Source: Botryllus schlosseri (taxonomy: Eukaryota). Taken from it: a stretch of DNA of 64,000 nt. This document shows positions 1 through 13,329 of this stretch, in pieces. Under the pieces are notes generated by a model. It was not told the DNA's origin, did not search any database, and worked only from the letters and a program-made list of their open reading frames with translations. Position 1 is the first letter of the stretch. Each line of letters opens with the position of its first letter. Location of the stretch: assembly GCA_051294905.1 (NCBI GenBank), contig CM119372.1, forward strand, positions 29,204,001 to 29,268,000. Direction: 5' to 3'. The position numbers and the translations under genes are program-made.

Positions 1-2119
1 TGTGATATCTTGACACCGGGTAATATGCGAAAGTGTTTCAATTCTCACCGCAGATTCTGATGATAAAGTATTGTACCGGTTATTGTTCAACAAAGGAAAT
101 TGGTGTTTCATCTTTAGTCTTGGTTAGTGGAGACAATCACATTTGTAAAATATTTCCTGATATCCACAATACGCTGCGTGGTTTTTACGAACACGGCTTA
201 ATCTTCCCAATCAAAACATTTCAGACATGTTAATCTAGTTTCACAAATCGATATGCTAATAACAATGTTTCTGAAAAGTTTGTTGGTATCGTAATAACCT
301 TCAACACGACCCTGGTCTAATTATGTCATAATTTAATAATCAAGTCATGATCGACTATTACAAAATCTCATATGTCAAAATCAATGTGTCAATTCATATG
401 TTTACATCGTGAAAATTTTCAATATAACGCCTGCGTTCGATTGTAAGAAATGAATTCTCAACTACGTTGGTCAGACATTCAAATCTCGTATACTCAAATG
501 TAATATGTTAATCTCAAACCGCACACCGAGTAGTATTTACTTTGGTTTATAAAATATACCGAGTAGTAATTACTTTATCTTACAGAATAGTAACGACTTT
601 TACAGTTGAACAAAAAAGACGATTTGGCGGTATATGACTACAACCGAACTTGCTATGGATTTTAGATTGTAGCGATTGTACTCGCGTAATCTTGTCTTCT
701 TTCTGTACGAATACTGTCTAGTTGGTTGGCCAAGTTACAAACGGATCTACTTGACAAGGTTTTCATGATTGATTCTTTTGAGTATGGTAAGATGTTAAAA
801 TTTCGAGGCGTAATACTATTTCCATTAACTCAATTGTGACAAAAAAATACCCAGATAACTTGTTCAAGGCTTCTATTGTTTCAAATTAACATGTGAATAA
901 TCAGTTATTGTGACAAGTTGAAATATCGTACCGAAGTTGCGAGTGGGAACAGTACGCGATTGTGTACACTCTAAATTTAGAAGTGTTGCTCAACCCGGAA
1001 AATTGAACACGACTTGTGATCCAAAATTGAACACTTAGAAGTGTTGCGAACTGTTTAAATTTAAAGTGTTTACCTAAACAAGTGTTCAGTCTCAAAGCGG
1101 CTGGTTGACCTGTCACCGGAACGCAGGGCTCAAAATGAAATCTGATTTTATTGCTTCATTAATAAATGACACTTATAACACCCAACCTGGGTGAATATTG
1201 AATAAATACGTGCAAACATTCAAATTTCCAATAGCTTCTGTGACAGGGTTTTATAAATTCAAATCAGCAATTGAAACCGTTTCCAGAATAGTCCATCAAA
1301 TCACCAACATCACAAATGATTCAGAGCAAACTCACTACAAATATCATGCAACTCACTCAATCATGGGAATGAAAACGATGCACTGGGATAGTGATAGCAA
1401 AATATCATTTAGTGGCTTAGCTTTTCGTGACAGGGACATGGAATCAAATTCATTGGCTACGTCCATTAGCAGAAAAACACGAACAACGCAAATCATTACA
1501 ACTTACGGAAAACGTATCAAATTATGGCTTGTAAATTGCAAAGTTTATTATTACCAAACAAAACAAATGTATCAGTACCACTACCGCTACCAAGAAAACC
1601 AACCACAAGTATTTCTCAATTCTTAATGAAAATGGGCCCGCTAACCAGGCAACAAAAATATTCTAGTGCTTGCATTACAAGTATTTATATCAGGGTAATG
1701 CCAATCACTTTTAGTTTAAACGACAGGAATGGTTTCTTCGATTCAATACAAATTTTCCAGATTTACAGAAAAGATTTTTGTTGTCCTTTCCCAGAGTGTG
1801 CTGCAAAAAAATGAAATCTGGAAGTCATTACGGCAGTGGTTCCCAGCCCCCCCCTTTATGATAGCAAAAAATATCACACACCACTTATCGTCATATCTTA
1901 AAATAAAAAACAACCAGAATGCTAGAAATCCCAACGGATGGATAGTTTGAAGGCATGGAAGTTAATGGCTGCTAAGGAGAGAATAGTTCAATATGAAATT
2001 CTGGATATACAAAGAGAAATAGCTAGGAGATAGAGGTAAATCGCACCGCGTGAAAAAAAAATCAGTTGACTGCAGTATCGCGCGCCCCTTCAAATGCTTT
2101 CACGCCCCCAGTTCGAGAG

Positions 2120-3520
2120 CTCCTCCTTTAGGATATGATAACTCCAATGATTGGCAGCTCAAAATGTCAACAATCTTTCTGAATGCTCCATCTTCGCCGA
2201 AGCATTTTTATATTCTTGCGATCAGCTGCAACCAAGGCTTGATGGATCTTTGCTTCGAGGCGTGCCATGGCGGGTTCGTCTTTTTACTGGTCGACTCCGA
2301 GTGGTGCTCCTTGAAAATATGATGAAATACCGAAGTTTTGAATATGCCAAGGAAAATTCTAATTTTTATGCAGAAATAAATAAAAATATTTCAGATAGGT
2401 AGGTTACAGAAGCACGAAAAAGGCGCTCGGCTACATGTGAAATCCTATCACTGAAAGTAAGACTAAAATTAGCAAAACGATTAATAAAAATATCTTTAAT
2501 CAGGACTGTATTTTTTTGTATTCCACCATTTTGACATTTACATTAACATGGCAGGCATTGCCAGGCGACAGTGAAAATGCAGAAATGTAACTTTGAATGA
2601 AATTCATAGCAAAACGTTGCAGGTCTTTCTAAACTTGTATGGCCCATAAAACAGAAAGATTACCTTTTTCAATGATAAGACATGCCCTCGGAACTTGAAC
2701 ATATATTCGTTTGTCACTCTATTTGGCATGAAGATGAAGACAGTTGACTTCATCAACCTCATTTTGCTGAAAATAAATTGATTGCAAACAAGATCAGACA
2801 ATAAATATAGCAAAATAAATTGTATTGATGGGGTTAGAATCGCTGTTTCTATGGGTTCAGATGTTCATTATGATAATAGACATAGGATTTACATATAACT
2901 TTTAATCTAAGATTATATAGCTGCTTTGAATTTAGACGAGAAATATATCAGACTAAGGACACTTCGATCGTCTTTAGTGCAAAATCTTTGTTACATCTTA
3001 TCGAAGGTGTTGAGAAATTTTCCTTCATTGCAGGAATTGTAACTGTTGTCAATCATTTAAAATCCTTCCTTCCTGACTAAATTTAATTAATGCAAATTGG
3101 AAATTATCCTAATTTGATGTTCACCTAGTGCGTTATAGTTCAGTAAGCAATAGCTCAAATACGAGTTACACGAGCTGATTACGTTCAACTACACCTCTGT
3201 TCAATGTATACAGATTAAGCCTTTTTCAGCTCATATCAGCTCTTCTAGATAGTTTGTGAGAAAAGTTTGACTGCAAAAAACCAGCACAAATGGTGATATA
3301 TAAAATTAATAAATAGGCTTACATAATCATACGTTTCCATGGGTTCTTGAGACAAACGTATGTATCGCATAAGATGACTGCACCGGGAAAAAAAATCCGT
3401 TACGAGTGAGTCCTCACGTCACTGTCAACATTGTCTGATAGCGCAGGCACAGTAGAACAAGAGGGCTCTTTTCAAGAAGTTGACATCAGTTGGACGAATT
3501 TGAGGACCAATCCAAGACTA
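2120..3520 (-). pseudogene. Unidentified multi-exon gene relic, copy 1 (continues at 10125-10510 beyond the CACTA insertion)
   Basis: Several minus-strand blocks are bounded by AG/GTAAG-type sites (for example ~2767-2664, ~3518-3323 and ~2310-2130). Most are conserved in the paralog at 10520-11550. The reading frames contain stops or frameshifts, and I do not recognise the family. Confidence 0.35.
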
Positions 3521-4433
3521 CACTGTAAATTTTTTACCGTTGGTGACGACACCAAAAAGAACGCGTTTTGTGTAAAAAAACTAAACACCTGAAAAGATGT
3601 TTCGCGTTTTGGTTTGGCGTTGTCAAATACTGTGTTGTGCCATATACCCGGTGTCAAAAGATGTGTTGTCTCATATAGGAGTTTTCTACACCGTGCATGA
3701 ACCCCAATAATCAGGCCTAAATCACCCTCTGTAGCTGTTAAATTGATTACTAAACAATCTGGCGTGCACGACCTCTCCCCGCAGTGATTAAAATGAATTA
3801 CTAAATGTTCTGGCATACTAGGCACACACCCCGCCGCTTGTAACGCAGCATAAAAATCATTCCATAGTTTGCAATGAAACCGTCATATTAAAAATCAACG
3901 ACAGTAATAAGCATTAAGCAATGCTAAATGCAAGTTCTGCACAAAATCAGCGACAGTAATAAGCCTTAAGCAATGCTAAATGCAAGTTATGCACAATGAA
4001 AGAGTACTGTTGCTAGTACAAATAAAGAATTGTGGCACAGCATGAAATAATTAGATTGAAGCCATTTTAGAGCATGCGGTAACTAAGCATAAAGAACTGC
4101 CGCATATGACTTAATAACCCCGAACTTAACCCGACCCTCAAATTAACCATTACATATAATCAAACTGACCCTTATCTACCCCTAAATGTAACGATTATAC
4201 CCAGCATAGGGCAGAATTCAACCCATATGCTAAAGTGTCAAAGGATATCACGGGACATGCTTATATCTCCACTGATCTACTGGAATGATGTATTACATTA
4301 GCGAAATACTGCAAAATAAAAGAAGACAGTGTGACAAGATAAAAGTTCAGTATGAACTACTGTAAAAATCTTGGACAGTACTAACCAACCAAAGAAAGGG
4401 GCTTATTATGCCCTTACTGCATGTGTTCACACT

Positions 4434-5519
4434 TCACATGTGTTCAAATTTCCCAAAGAAATTACTCAATTTTTCGGAGATATATTGGGTGTTTCTGTCG
4501 CCAACAACAAGCCTCTTAACAAATGCCAGGATTTGAAATTCCTTGGGGCATGACACATCCCAGGCATAATAACATGCCATCATATCAATTAAAACATCTA
4601 AAACCGTCGCGTCTTTATCACCGCAAGGAATCGATTCCCCCACAGCTAGAATCCAGCCTTGAATCGAACCATCCTGATGTCTTGAGACGACTAAATGTGA
4701 AGTATCATGCTTCTGACTCTTGGTCTCTATGTCGAGGGCCTGAAACACAGACACATGTTCAAGTGTACACCTACATGCGAATTTTGGAAATCGCTTGAAA
4801 AAAATCTGAAATCATCAGGTAAGGACATCCATGAAATAGACCCATTAATAGGTTTCTTTCTATTCCGTTATGCTTTCCCATCCTATACAGCAGGGGTTCT
4901 CAACCTGGGGGGGCGCGAAGAAGCGGTCACCTGAAATTTTTTTTCGCGCCACGCACGATTGACCTACAATGCACGCGTGTTTCTCTACGTATAGGCCCAA
5001 TATTATATATATTTATTCTCTCATCAACCTTCATAATCGTCCATACCACCAAACAATCTGTTGGGGTTGCTAGCATCCCAGTTGGATTTTGTGATATGAT
5101 GATAAGGGGGGCGCGAAATTTGTCACTATCAAATAGGGGGGCGTGTCTAAAAAAAGGTTGAGAACCACTGCTATACAGTAATGTTTTCTCATCATATATT
5201 AATGGAAGTAGCAATTCGGTATTCATTATGCACCTGTGGAACCACCAGCGCAGATAACCCCCTCTTTTGTCGGCAGTTAATTTAGGCATCCGAAAGTTAC
5301 GACTGTAATTCCAGCAGTTTGGTCAGCTCATCCCTGTCACCTCCACTGGACTGATGAAATTGAATGATATAACGGTCACTACTAATGCTGAATCAAGATG
5401 AATTTTAGGTTCCACTTTACCTGAAAAATCTTATCCAATATATTCAATATTTGTTGATTATTGCTTCTCATGTCGTCAATGATTGTTGGCGCAATTATGC
5501 TCTTGAAATCTTCTCTGAC
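4434..5519 (-). pseudogene. Spliced SAMD3-like (CACTA-associated accessory ORF) pseudogene, copy A, 3' exons
   Basis: Exon 5519-5421 encodes VREDFKSIIAPTIIDDM...; the following exons have in-frame stops. Terminal ORF 4754-4434 contains DVLIDMMACYYAWDVSCPKEFQILAFVKRLVVGD, matching the YY-x-F/W-x-x-x-YP-x(n)-F-I-Q pattern I recall for SAMD3-like C-termini. A MITE interrupts it at 4891-5170. Confidence 0.6.
4891..5170. mobile_element. hAT (Buster/Charlie-type) MITE
   Basis: TIR CAGGGGTTCTCAACC...GGTTGAGAACCACTG with a perfect 8-bp TSD CTATACAG. Related copies lie at ~1834-2120 and 34521-34840. Confidence 0.9.
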
Positions 5520-6554
5520 CTGAGACAAAAAGTAATACCGACACGAAACACTGATAGAGGTGGCTGATAAAATAAGAGGGCCTTTTTGCTATTCACGTCA
5601 ATGCTATTCACGTCAGCATTTTGATTATCTATGTAGCCTACGGCCGCATTCCAGTGCATAGTTGCAAGGAACTAACTAGGTGCCAAATACCCCTGTTAAA
5701 ATGTCCATGGTCTATTTTCAGTGGGCTATGGACTAATCTCTCTATTCATGTCATCTTACTCAACGCACCCGAATCGCCAGGGTTCTAATGACTCGATTCA
5801 GGATTTTCTGATGACTCGAGTCATTTTCTCAAAACACGGAAATGACTCGACTCAAATCAATCTATGTATATCGACTCAACTTGGACTCGAGTCATTGCGC
5901 ATGACTCGTACCAAGCCATATGACTCGAGACTCAGGCGGCCAAGACCAACATTTCATTGTAATTTCGAAGAATAGTAAAGTGACCACACTATTGATATTT
6001 CGTCTATTGGTACTGGTACTTGAAAATGTGACCAGAAACTGCTAAAGTGAGGAAAATTGGTATAACATGAATGCAATCATTCGATGTCACCAACCAGAGT
6101 TGAAAAAAGTGGATTCAACAAGAATGCTGAAGAGTACCAAGCTATCCAGTCACACTCTCATGCCCACGGATCTACTGGACTGAAATATATAAACGAAATA
6201 TTGCAAAAGAAAGCAAAACAGTGTCCCAAGATAAAAGTAGAGTATGAACTACTTGCACAGCAATAACCAAGTCAAATTAGTGGGCCTATCAGGACCTTAC
6301 AGTATGTGCTCAAAATTGTTGTTGAAGAAATTATTCAATTTTTCACTGACAATAAATTAAACCCGTATGTGTCATGCACTATCAAGTCGCATGCTATGTC
6401 CAGTGTCGACGAAGCTAATGGGATGTGTATACTAACGAAATACTGCAAAATAAACAAGACCGTGAGCCGAGATACAAGCAAAGGATGAGGTACTGTTTAA
6501 CAACTTGCACAATGATAACCACAAGTCAAAGAAAGAGGCCTATTATGCCCTTAC

Positions 6555-8923
6555 AATACATGTTCAAATTTCCTAAAAAAATTATTAAACTTTTTAGAGA
6601 TATATTGGGTGTTTTTATCGCCGACAACAACCCTCTGAATAAATGCCAGGAATTGAAATTCCTTCGGGTATGACACATCCCAGGCATAATAACATGCCAT
6701 CATATCGAATAGAATATCGAACACCATTGCACCGCCGTTACCTCACGGGACGGATTTCCCAACAGCTATGATCCAGCCTTGAATTGACCCATCCTGATGT
6801 CTTGCGACAACTAGATGCGGGGATAATGCTTTTGACTCTTGGTCTCTATGTCGTGAGCCTGAAACACAAGACATACTGGTGAAGCATGTGCTTACATACG
6901 AATTTTAGTAATCGCTTCGAGAAAATTCAAAGTCAAGTTAGGATATCCATGAAATACATCTATTTACAGGTTAGCCTTTCCTACCTAAACATATTCCAAT
7001 TACATATTAATGGAAGAAGCAATTATGTATTTGTTATGTACCTGTTGGACTGGCAAAGCAGTCAAACCGATTTTTGTCGGCAGTTAATTCTGGCGTCTGC
7101 GAGTTCCGATTTGTAGTTACAGCAGCTTGGAGAGTTCATCCTTGTCACCTTTCAGTGGACTGATGAAATGGAATGATAAAATAGTTATTACTAATGCCAA
7201 AGCACACTCAATATGCACGTCCAAATTTACCTGGAATATTACATCCAATAACTATCATATTTTGATAACAGCTTTTCGTGTCTTCAATGGTTGTTGGCGC
7301 GATTATGTTCTTGAACTGTTCTCTGATCTGAGGTGAACAGTAAAATCTTCACAAAACACTCATAGAAATGGCTGATAACATTAGGCCAGGACCGGCCATC
7401 ATTTTTTGTTATTCACGACCTCGTTTCGATTTCCTATGTAGCCCACGGCTGCATTTTAGTGCATAGTTATAATGAACTATCTTGACACCAAATACCCACG
7501 TTGAACTTTCCATGGTATATTTACAGTGAGTTATGGACTAACCATGTCGTCATGACGTCTTACTCGACAGACTGAAATTGCTAGTAGTCGTGAAGTTATG
7601 AATAACTATAGTGGAATTAATGTTGTAGTTTCCCATATTACTACCAAATATGTAAGCAGATATGGGGGGCCGTATCTATGGCTGCCACAATCTTTTACGC
7701 AACAAATGTTGAGGCCTAGAAAAATGTTACACTGAGAATGTTAGGAATATTTTGTGCTCACATAAAAGCAGGGTTGTAATGACTCGAGTCACGATTCTCT
7801 GATGACGCGACTTGACCCGAGTCATTTTCTCAAAATACGGAAATGACTCGACTCGAGTCAATCTGTATATTGACTCGACTTGGAGTCGGGTCATTGCGCA
7901 CAACTCGAACCAAGTCAAATGATTCGAGACTCGGGCCTACACTTCATTGTACTTTCGAGGAATGATAAGTAACCACACTATTGGGATTACGTATATTGGT
8001 ATCAGTATTATAAATGTGACCAGAACCTGCTAAAAGTGAGGATAATCAGTTTATTATAAATGCGAACCATTCGATATCGCCAAGCAGAGCTATAAAAAGT
8101 GGATTAACAAGACTTTAACTGCAAACTTAGCAGTCAATACAATGACTTGGACTCGGACTCGAGTCATATTACCATGGCTCGGACTCTATCATCTGCTCGC
8201 TGACTTCGACTTGACTCAATGGTGAATTGAAAATGACTCGACTTGACTCAGGTCAATCTATAAAAGTGAGATTGACTTGTGACTCGGAGCCTTGTGACTT
8301 GGTTACAACCCTGCATAAAAGACTAAAATCCATGAATGAGTTTGCAATTGTTCTAGTTTTAATCTTATTCAAGGTTTTCCGGAAAAAGCTACAGAAGAAC
8401 TGTATAGTGCGGACCAAGGCAATCTTGCTGAACAAACATTTTCTATTCCCATCCTTATGAGATTGAACTCTGATCTGATATGAACTCAACTTGATTGAAT
8501 GTCCGGTTTTCAAAAATTCAGTAAATCTATTTATAATCTAATTTAAAAAATACCTTTAGCCACAATTGGAATATAATTTGGGAAAATGCAGCATAACCGT
8601 ATTTCTAATTTGTCTAATTCAGGAAAAATGTGCAGCTAGACTTGTAATCTAATTTGAAAAAGCTGAACATTTTCTTGTTGTCCAAGTCTGCCTTGCCTTA
8701 CCGTCTACCACACGAGTACGATGAACTATAAAGTGATTTTAAAATGGTTCCATGATGTAATACCCACACTCACCAGTTTGATATCAGTCAAGGAAGGAAA
8801 CCGATCAAGTATTCCCGACAGAGGATTGTCTTTTTGCATTATCTTAGAACGTCGATGTCCGATTGTCCGTACAGGTGGCGATTCTTGTGGCACTTCAGCA
8901 AGTGTTTTTAAAGCTTATTCTGG
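6555..8923 (-). pseudogene. Spliced SAMD3-like pseudogene, copy B
   Basis: Exon 8923-8774 (donor G|GTGAGT) encodes ...RTIGHRRSKIMQKDNPLSGILDRFPSLTDIKL, resembling the T..RR..I.....IL.R(W/F)P.L pattern, with one stop. It splices in phase 0 to an IREQFKNII exon (~7326-7231). The terminal part has MMACYYAWDVSYPKEFQFLAFIQR and a frameshift. Sequence ~6410-7570 is a diverged tandem paralog of ~4270-5770. Confidence 0.6.
7769..8313. mobile_element. hAT MITE, CAGGGTTGTAA family rich in GACTCGAGTC
   Basis: TIR CAGGGTTGTAA...TTACAACCCTG with a perfect TSD CATAAAAG. Further copies: ~5778-6120 (truncated), 17844-18427, 27893-28464, 37446-38023, 40686-41263, ~45600-45782, ~58085-58600 and ~24505-24605. 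Confidence 0.92.
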
Positions 8924-10519
8924 CTATCAAAAAATTAGCACAGCCAACAGGATTGTAGACGGGACATTATTTGATGAACTTATTATCGACGAAGCATTAT
9001 TTCTGCATTAATAGCATATATCTGTCAAATTAATATTCATGATTACATTTGGTAAAACCTTTCAACCCCACCCAAGATGCACTGAATAATAAAGCAGTGT
9101 GGAAAGGTTTCACACGGCCAATCAGGAGAGATATCAAAGCACATGAATAAATCGAATCAACTACATTGTTGATTCATTGAATCCAAGAAAGTACATGAAT
9201 ACATCATCACTGCCAACTATACATCATGAGGTACACACTACACAGGTTAAGGCGAAGCAACAATTATGAGGATTAAATAATTAATATTTTGCGCAACAAT
9301 TTGCACAAAACATGTTCATAGGGAACACTGATTCGTGGTGATCAAGTGAGCTCGTATCAATGTTTATAATGGATCAAACCACGAATAACATAGAATTTAC
9401 AAGTGGATATAAACTCTTCTAGCAGAGAGAGTTATCAGAGCATAGGAATAAAATCATCACTGTCGACTGAATTATCATGTAGACTACACAGACTTTACAG
9501 AAATAGATTCTCCATAGGATATGTTGTTTGCCAATTAACACTTCGTGTACACGGCATGTTCAGGGGGAACACGAATAGGTGATGGTCATGTAAAAACCAT
9601 TCAACGTCTATTAGTTGGCCAGGCCCTGAAAACGACATCAACCACCTATACCACATCTCCTTCGAGCCTTCAGTGCTTCATAATTAAGCAAGCAAATGGT
9701 GTAATGCCTGACCAGGACCATGTTGTAAATTTCCTCAAACTTTCAAAATGTCACTACACCAGCCTAACTAAGCCCTGATTGCACTAATATTGTAGCATAC
9801 CATGATGTAACATACTAAGGAAGGCGAATACTTTAGCTTTTACCTTTCAATTTATCGATATGGTGAGATGCGATACCGGTAATGGCTAAGAAAGTCCTCA
9901 AATCGACGCACACCGCACAGCCGCATACTCAACCTGTCATGACGTCGTATCGCAAAAGAACCACATGGCTGTGTGCGACAGGTGATGACGTTGTCAGTAT
10001 TGAGAAAAAGTGAACGCGAAAAAAGGGAAGACATCAAATTTCTCTCGATCGCGGCGTTGTTTACACCATTGGCCGTTGCCACCAACGGAAAATAGGGCGG
10101 TTGTGTTGTCTCGAATTTACAGTGTATTGAATAGAAAATATTTGTTTCAAAAATTTGCAATAAAACTGAACTAACTATTCGGTATTCACGCCGATATCAT
10201 ATACAATTGTGCGTGACAGAAGTGTGCCTTTCATAGAATAATTAAATAATGGAATGGAAAGTTGCACGTGACGCTACCACCAATTTTACTCTGGCACAGG
10301 TAGCATACTTCCTGGATTATTAATCTTTTTAGTGAATTTTACCCGCAAACATTAAGGAAAATCTTTATCACGAAGGTAACCGAGTGCAGAAGAATCGAAT
10401 TCAATATCTAAGGATATATACTAATTTACTTACGAAACACTGCGATGCTTACCAGTATTTAAACACCAAATGCATTTCGAAAAGGTGCCAATTGCAATAC
10501 ATACTACCTGCACATTAGG

Positions 10520-11550
10520 GCATTTTTCATATTCTTTCCATCAGCCGCAACCCAGGCTTGATGAGTCCCTGATTCGTGGCGTGCCATGGCGCGGCTCCAT
10601 CTTTTTACTGGTCAATCCAAATGCTGCTCCTAGAAAATACGATAAATACCAAAGGAAAATTGTAAATTTTATGCAGAAGTAAATATAAATATTTCACACA
10701 GATAGGTTACAGAAGCGCAGGAGAGGTGATCAGTCCCCCAGGTTGAGAACCACTGACCTAGCCCATTATAGTTCGGTAAGCAATAGTTGAAGTACACGTT
10801 ACACGAGCTCATTACGTTCAACTACATCTCTGTACAGTGTACACAGATGAAGCCTTTTTCAGCTCATATCGAATAGTCCGTAGGCTACTCTGCGAGATAG
10901 TTTGTGAGAAAAGTAGGACTGCAAAAACCAGCAAATTACATAATCAATGGTGATATATAAAATGAATAAATAGGCTTACATAATCACATGTATCCATGGG
11001 TTCTTGAGACAAAGGTCTGTATCGCATAAGATGACTGTGCCGGCACAAAACCCGTTACGAACGACTCCTCGCGTCACTGTCAACATTGCCTGATACCGCA
11101 GGCACGGTAGACCCAGGGGGCTCTTTTCAAGGAGTCGACATCAGTTGGACGAATTTCAGGATCAATCCAAGACTATTGAAAAGAAAATATTTGTTTCAAA
11201 AATTCGCAATACAAATGAAATACCGTACTCAGTAATCACACATATATCATACTGGATACAGTTGTTGTTTTCTGCAATAAGTTGTGCGTGACAAAAGGGT
11301 GTATTTCATAGAATAATTAAGTAATGGAATGGAAAGTTGCTCATGACGTTACCACCATTTTTACTCTGGCACAGATAGTATACTTCCTGGATTGTTAACA
11401 ATTTTAGTGAAATAACCGAATGCAACAGAATCAAATTCATTATCTAAGGATATACCAGTTGACTTACGAAACACCGTGATGCTTACCAGTATTCCATACA
11501 GCAAATGCATTTCAAAAAGGTGCCAATTTCAATAGGCCTACATAGTACAT
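10520..11550. repeat. Diverged tandem paralog of 2200-2420 + 3130-3520 + 10125-10510
   Basis: Direct similarity is visible block by block (for example ggcgtgccatggc, gttacacgagct..ttacgttcaactaca, gacatcagttggacgaattt). It lacks the CACTA element. Confidence 0.85.
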
Positions 11551-11692
11551 ACTAGCTGCAAAATAGAGTTTAGTTCAGTTACCGTATCATAATAAACTCA
11601 GGAAAGTCAAATTTGGGGATTGAGCAAAACAAATACTACCCCTTGTGATCCAAGGTTTATTGAAAAGATTGTTTGTTTGGCTATGCCATTAT

Positions 11693-12544
11693 CAGGGCGA
11701 TTTTTTGGACCTAAAATAGGAAGATTTTGACAGAATGATACAAATTCACACATATTTTGACGATAAAAAACTTAATTTTGACCCCCATGTACTTAAATTA
11801 GGTGTTTCTCACATAATGTTAGAATTGTACTACCGCATCGGTACTTATCTTTATTTCTGGCTGGAGCTGTCTGTTTTTCTGAGGTAGTTTGAACTGAAAA
11901 AAGATCTTTTGGCATGAAAACTGACAAATTTTCACATGAAAAAAACTTATTTTATCGAAATCTCGACCCATGAAGAATTCCAGTATTAGTTACATCTCGT
12001 ATTATGGTAGAAATAATTAAAACTTTTTGTAGTACAACAAAAGATACTTTCCTACATTTTCGGCTAGAAAATGTCTGTCTTTACTAAGTAGCTTGACAAG
12101 AATGGAGAAAGAACGTTCACCAGCAGCAGTTGTTGGCTGGCAACACTGAAGTTGTGCGTACACTACAGATGACACACCGTGTTGCTTCATTATGACAAAG
12201 TTGTCTACATCGTAATTTTTCATCATACGGTGTCTAATAGAAGAACCAATGCCCACGCATTCTTGCTTCAGTTAGGATACTGCAGTAGGCTACGTTGAGC
12301 ATTTGTTTCATTTCACAGTTTATAATTCACAATGAGCAGACGATGGTCCGTCTACAACAGTAGGACTATAAAGTAGGCTACAAGATGCTACAAGTTCACC
12401 GACAGTGCAATCAACTATGATACAAACGAAATGCAAGTTGCCAAAATTTTTTTGACTTTTTAAACAATTTTGGCAATATTTGACCTAACGGTACAATTTT
12501 GACAAAATTTTGACCTATTTTGACATGTCAAAAAAATCGCCTTA
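11693..12544 (-). mobile_element. Internally deleted hAT-like element with a transposase C-terminal fragment
   Basis: Inverted ends AGGGCGATTTTTT / AAAAAATCGCCTT. ORF 12256-12017 contains QPTTAAGERSFSILVKLLSKDRHF, resembling the hAT dimerisation-domain P(T/S)SxxxERSFS motif. No clear TSD. Confidence 0.6.
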
Positions 12545-13329
12545 GTTAACACCTTACCGCTTGGAATAAACAGTACAGTGTAAAATATGTTGCAGTTGAA
12601 AAACCATCAAACCGTTGCATGACTGTCATACCGGTATTCAATTGCTGACATTGCAGTACTTGTCCACAATGCATCACAATATCGCCTTAATAGGGATATT
12701 TCAGTGTGGATAGAGAGAACATTACTTTATCTATATATCAAAAAAGTTAGTTCGATAGCAGTTTCCCATCAGTACCGTAGTACTGGACCTGGTCGCAGCC
12801 TGGTATATAATCAGATTCGAAGCTCGATCAACCAGCAATAAGAGCAGACGAATCATATACTACAAAACTTCCAAAGAACATCCATATATGAATAAGGGAT
12901 ATCAGTAGCCTACTAAAACAAACGACCCTACTGCAATGTCAAAACGAGCTCATTTTATGACTATTCTCACATTACATATAATCAATAATGTTTACCGCAT
13001 TTCCATATCTTACAATACATGGATGTTACGATCCTTTACGCCATCAGGTAGCAGAAACAGCTTCAATATATCCATTCCGACAAGTCTTTTGGTGTACCTT
13101 ACTCTCTGCCTGAAGCCTGACGAACCACCAATTCAAATTCCAAACTTAAATCGAGCGCGCTCTACCGTAACGAAGGTGGTGACCCCTCTGCGTCACAGGG
13201 AAATATGTATATTTTACGGAAATAATACCCTCAAACTTAGTGGTTTGGTCAATTGAATAATATTATTTTACATATCCCATGATTTTATGTGATGCCCAAA
13301 CGTACCGATACTTTATGAATGCGAAATTG

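Larger units (their letters stand above)
3521..10124. mobile_element. EnSpm/CACTA (CMC)-type DNA transposon, non-autonomous, ~6.6 kb
   Basis: Termini CACTGTAAAT...ATTTACAGTG with a 2-bp TA duplication (3519-3520 and 10125-10126). The paralogous flank at ~11165-11185 (ccaagacTAttgaa) is the empty site. Confidence 0.85.

Noticed and set aside
8721..9011. ORF ending FDELIIDEALFLH, resembling an RNA-virus superfamily-1 helicase Walker B motif (possible endogenous viral element)
   Set aside because: There is no Walker A upstream and no convincing downstream helicase motifs. Much of the ORF is the antisense of a SAMD3-like exon (8923-8774) with proper splice sites.
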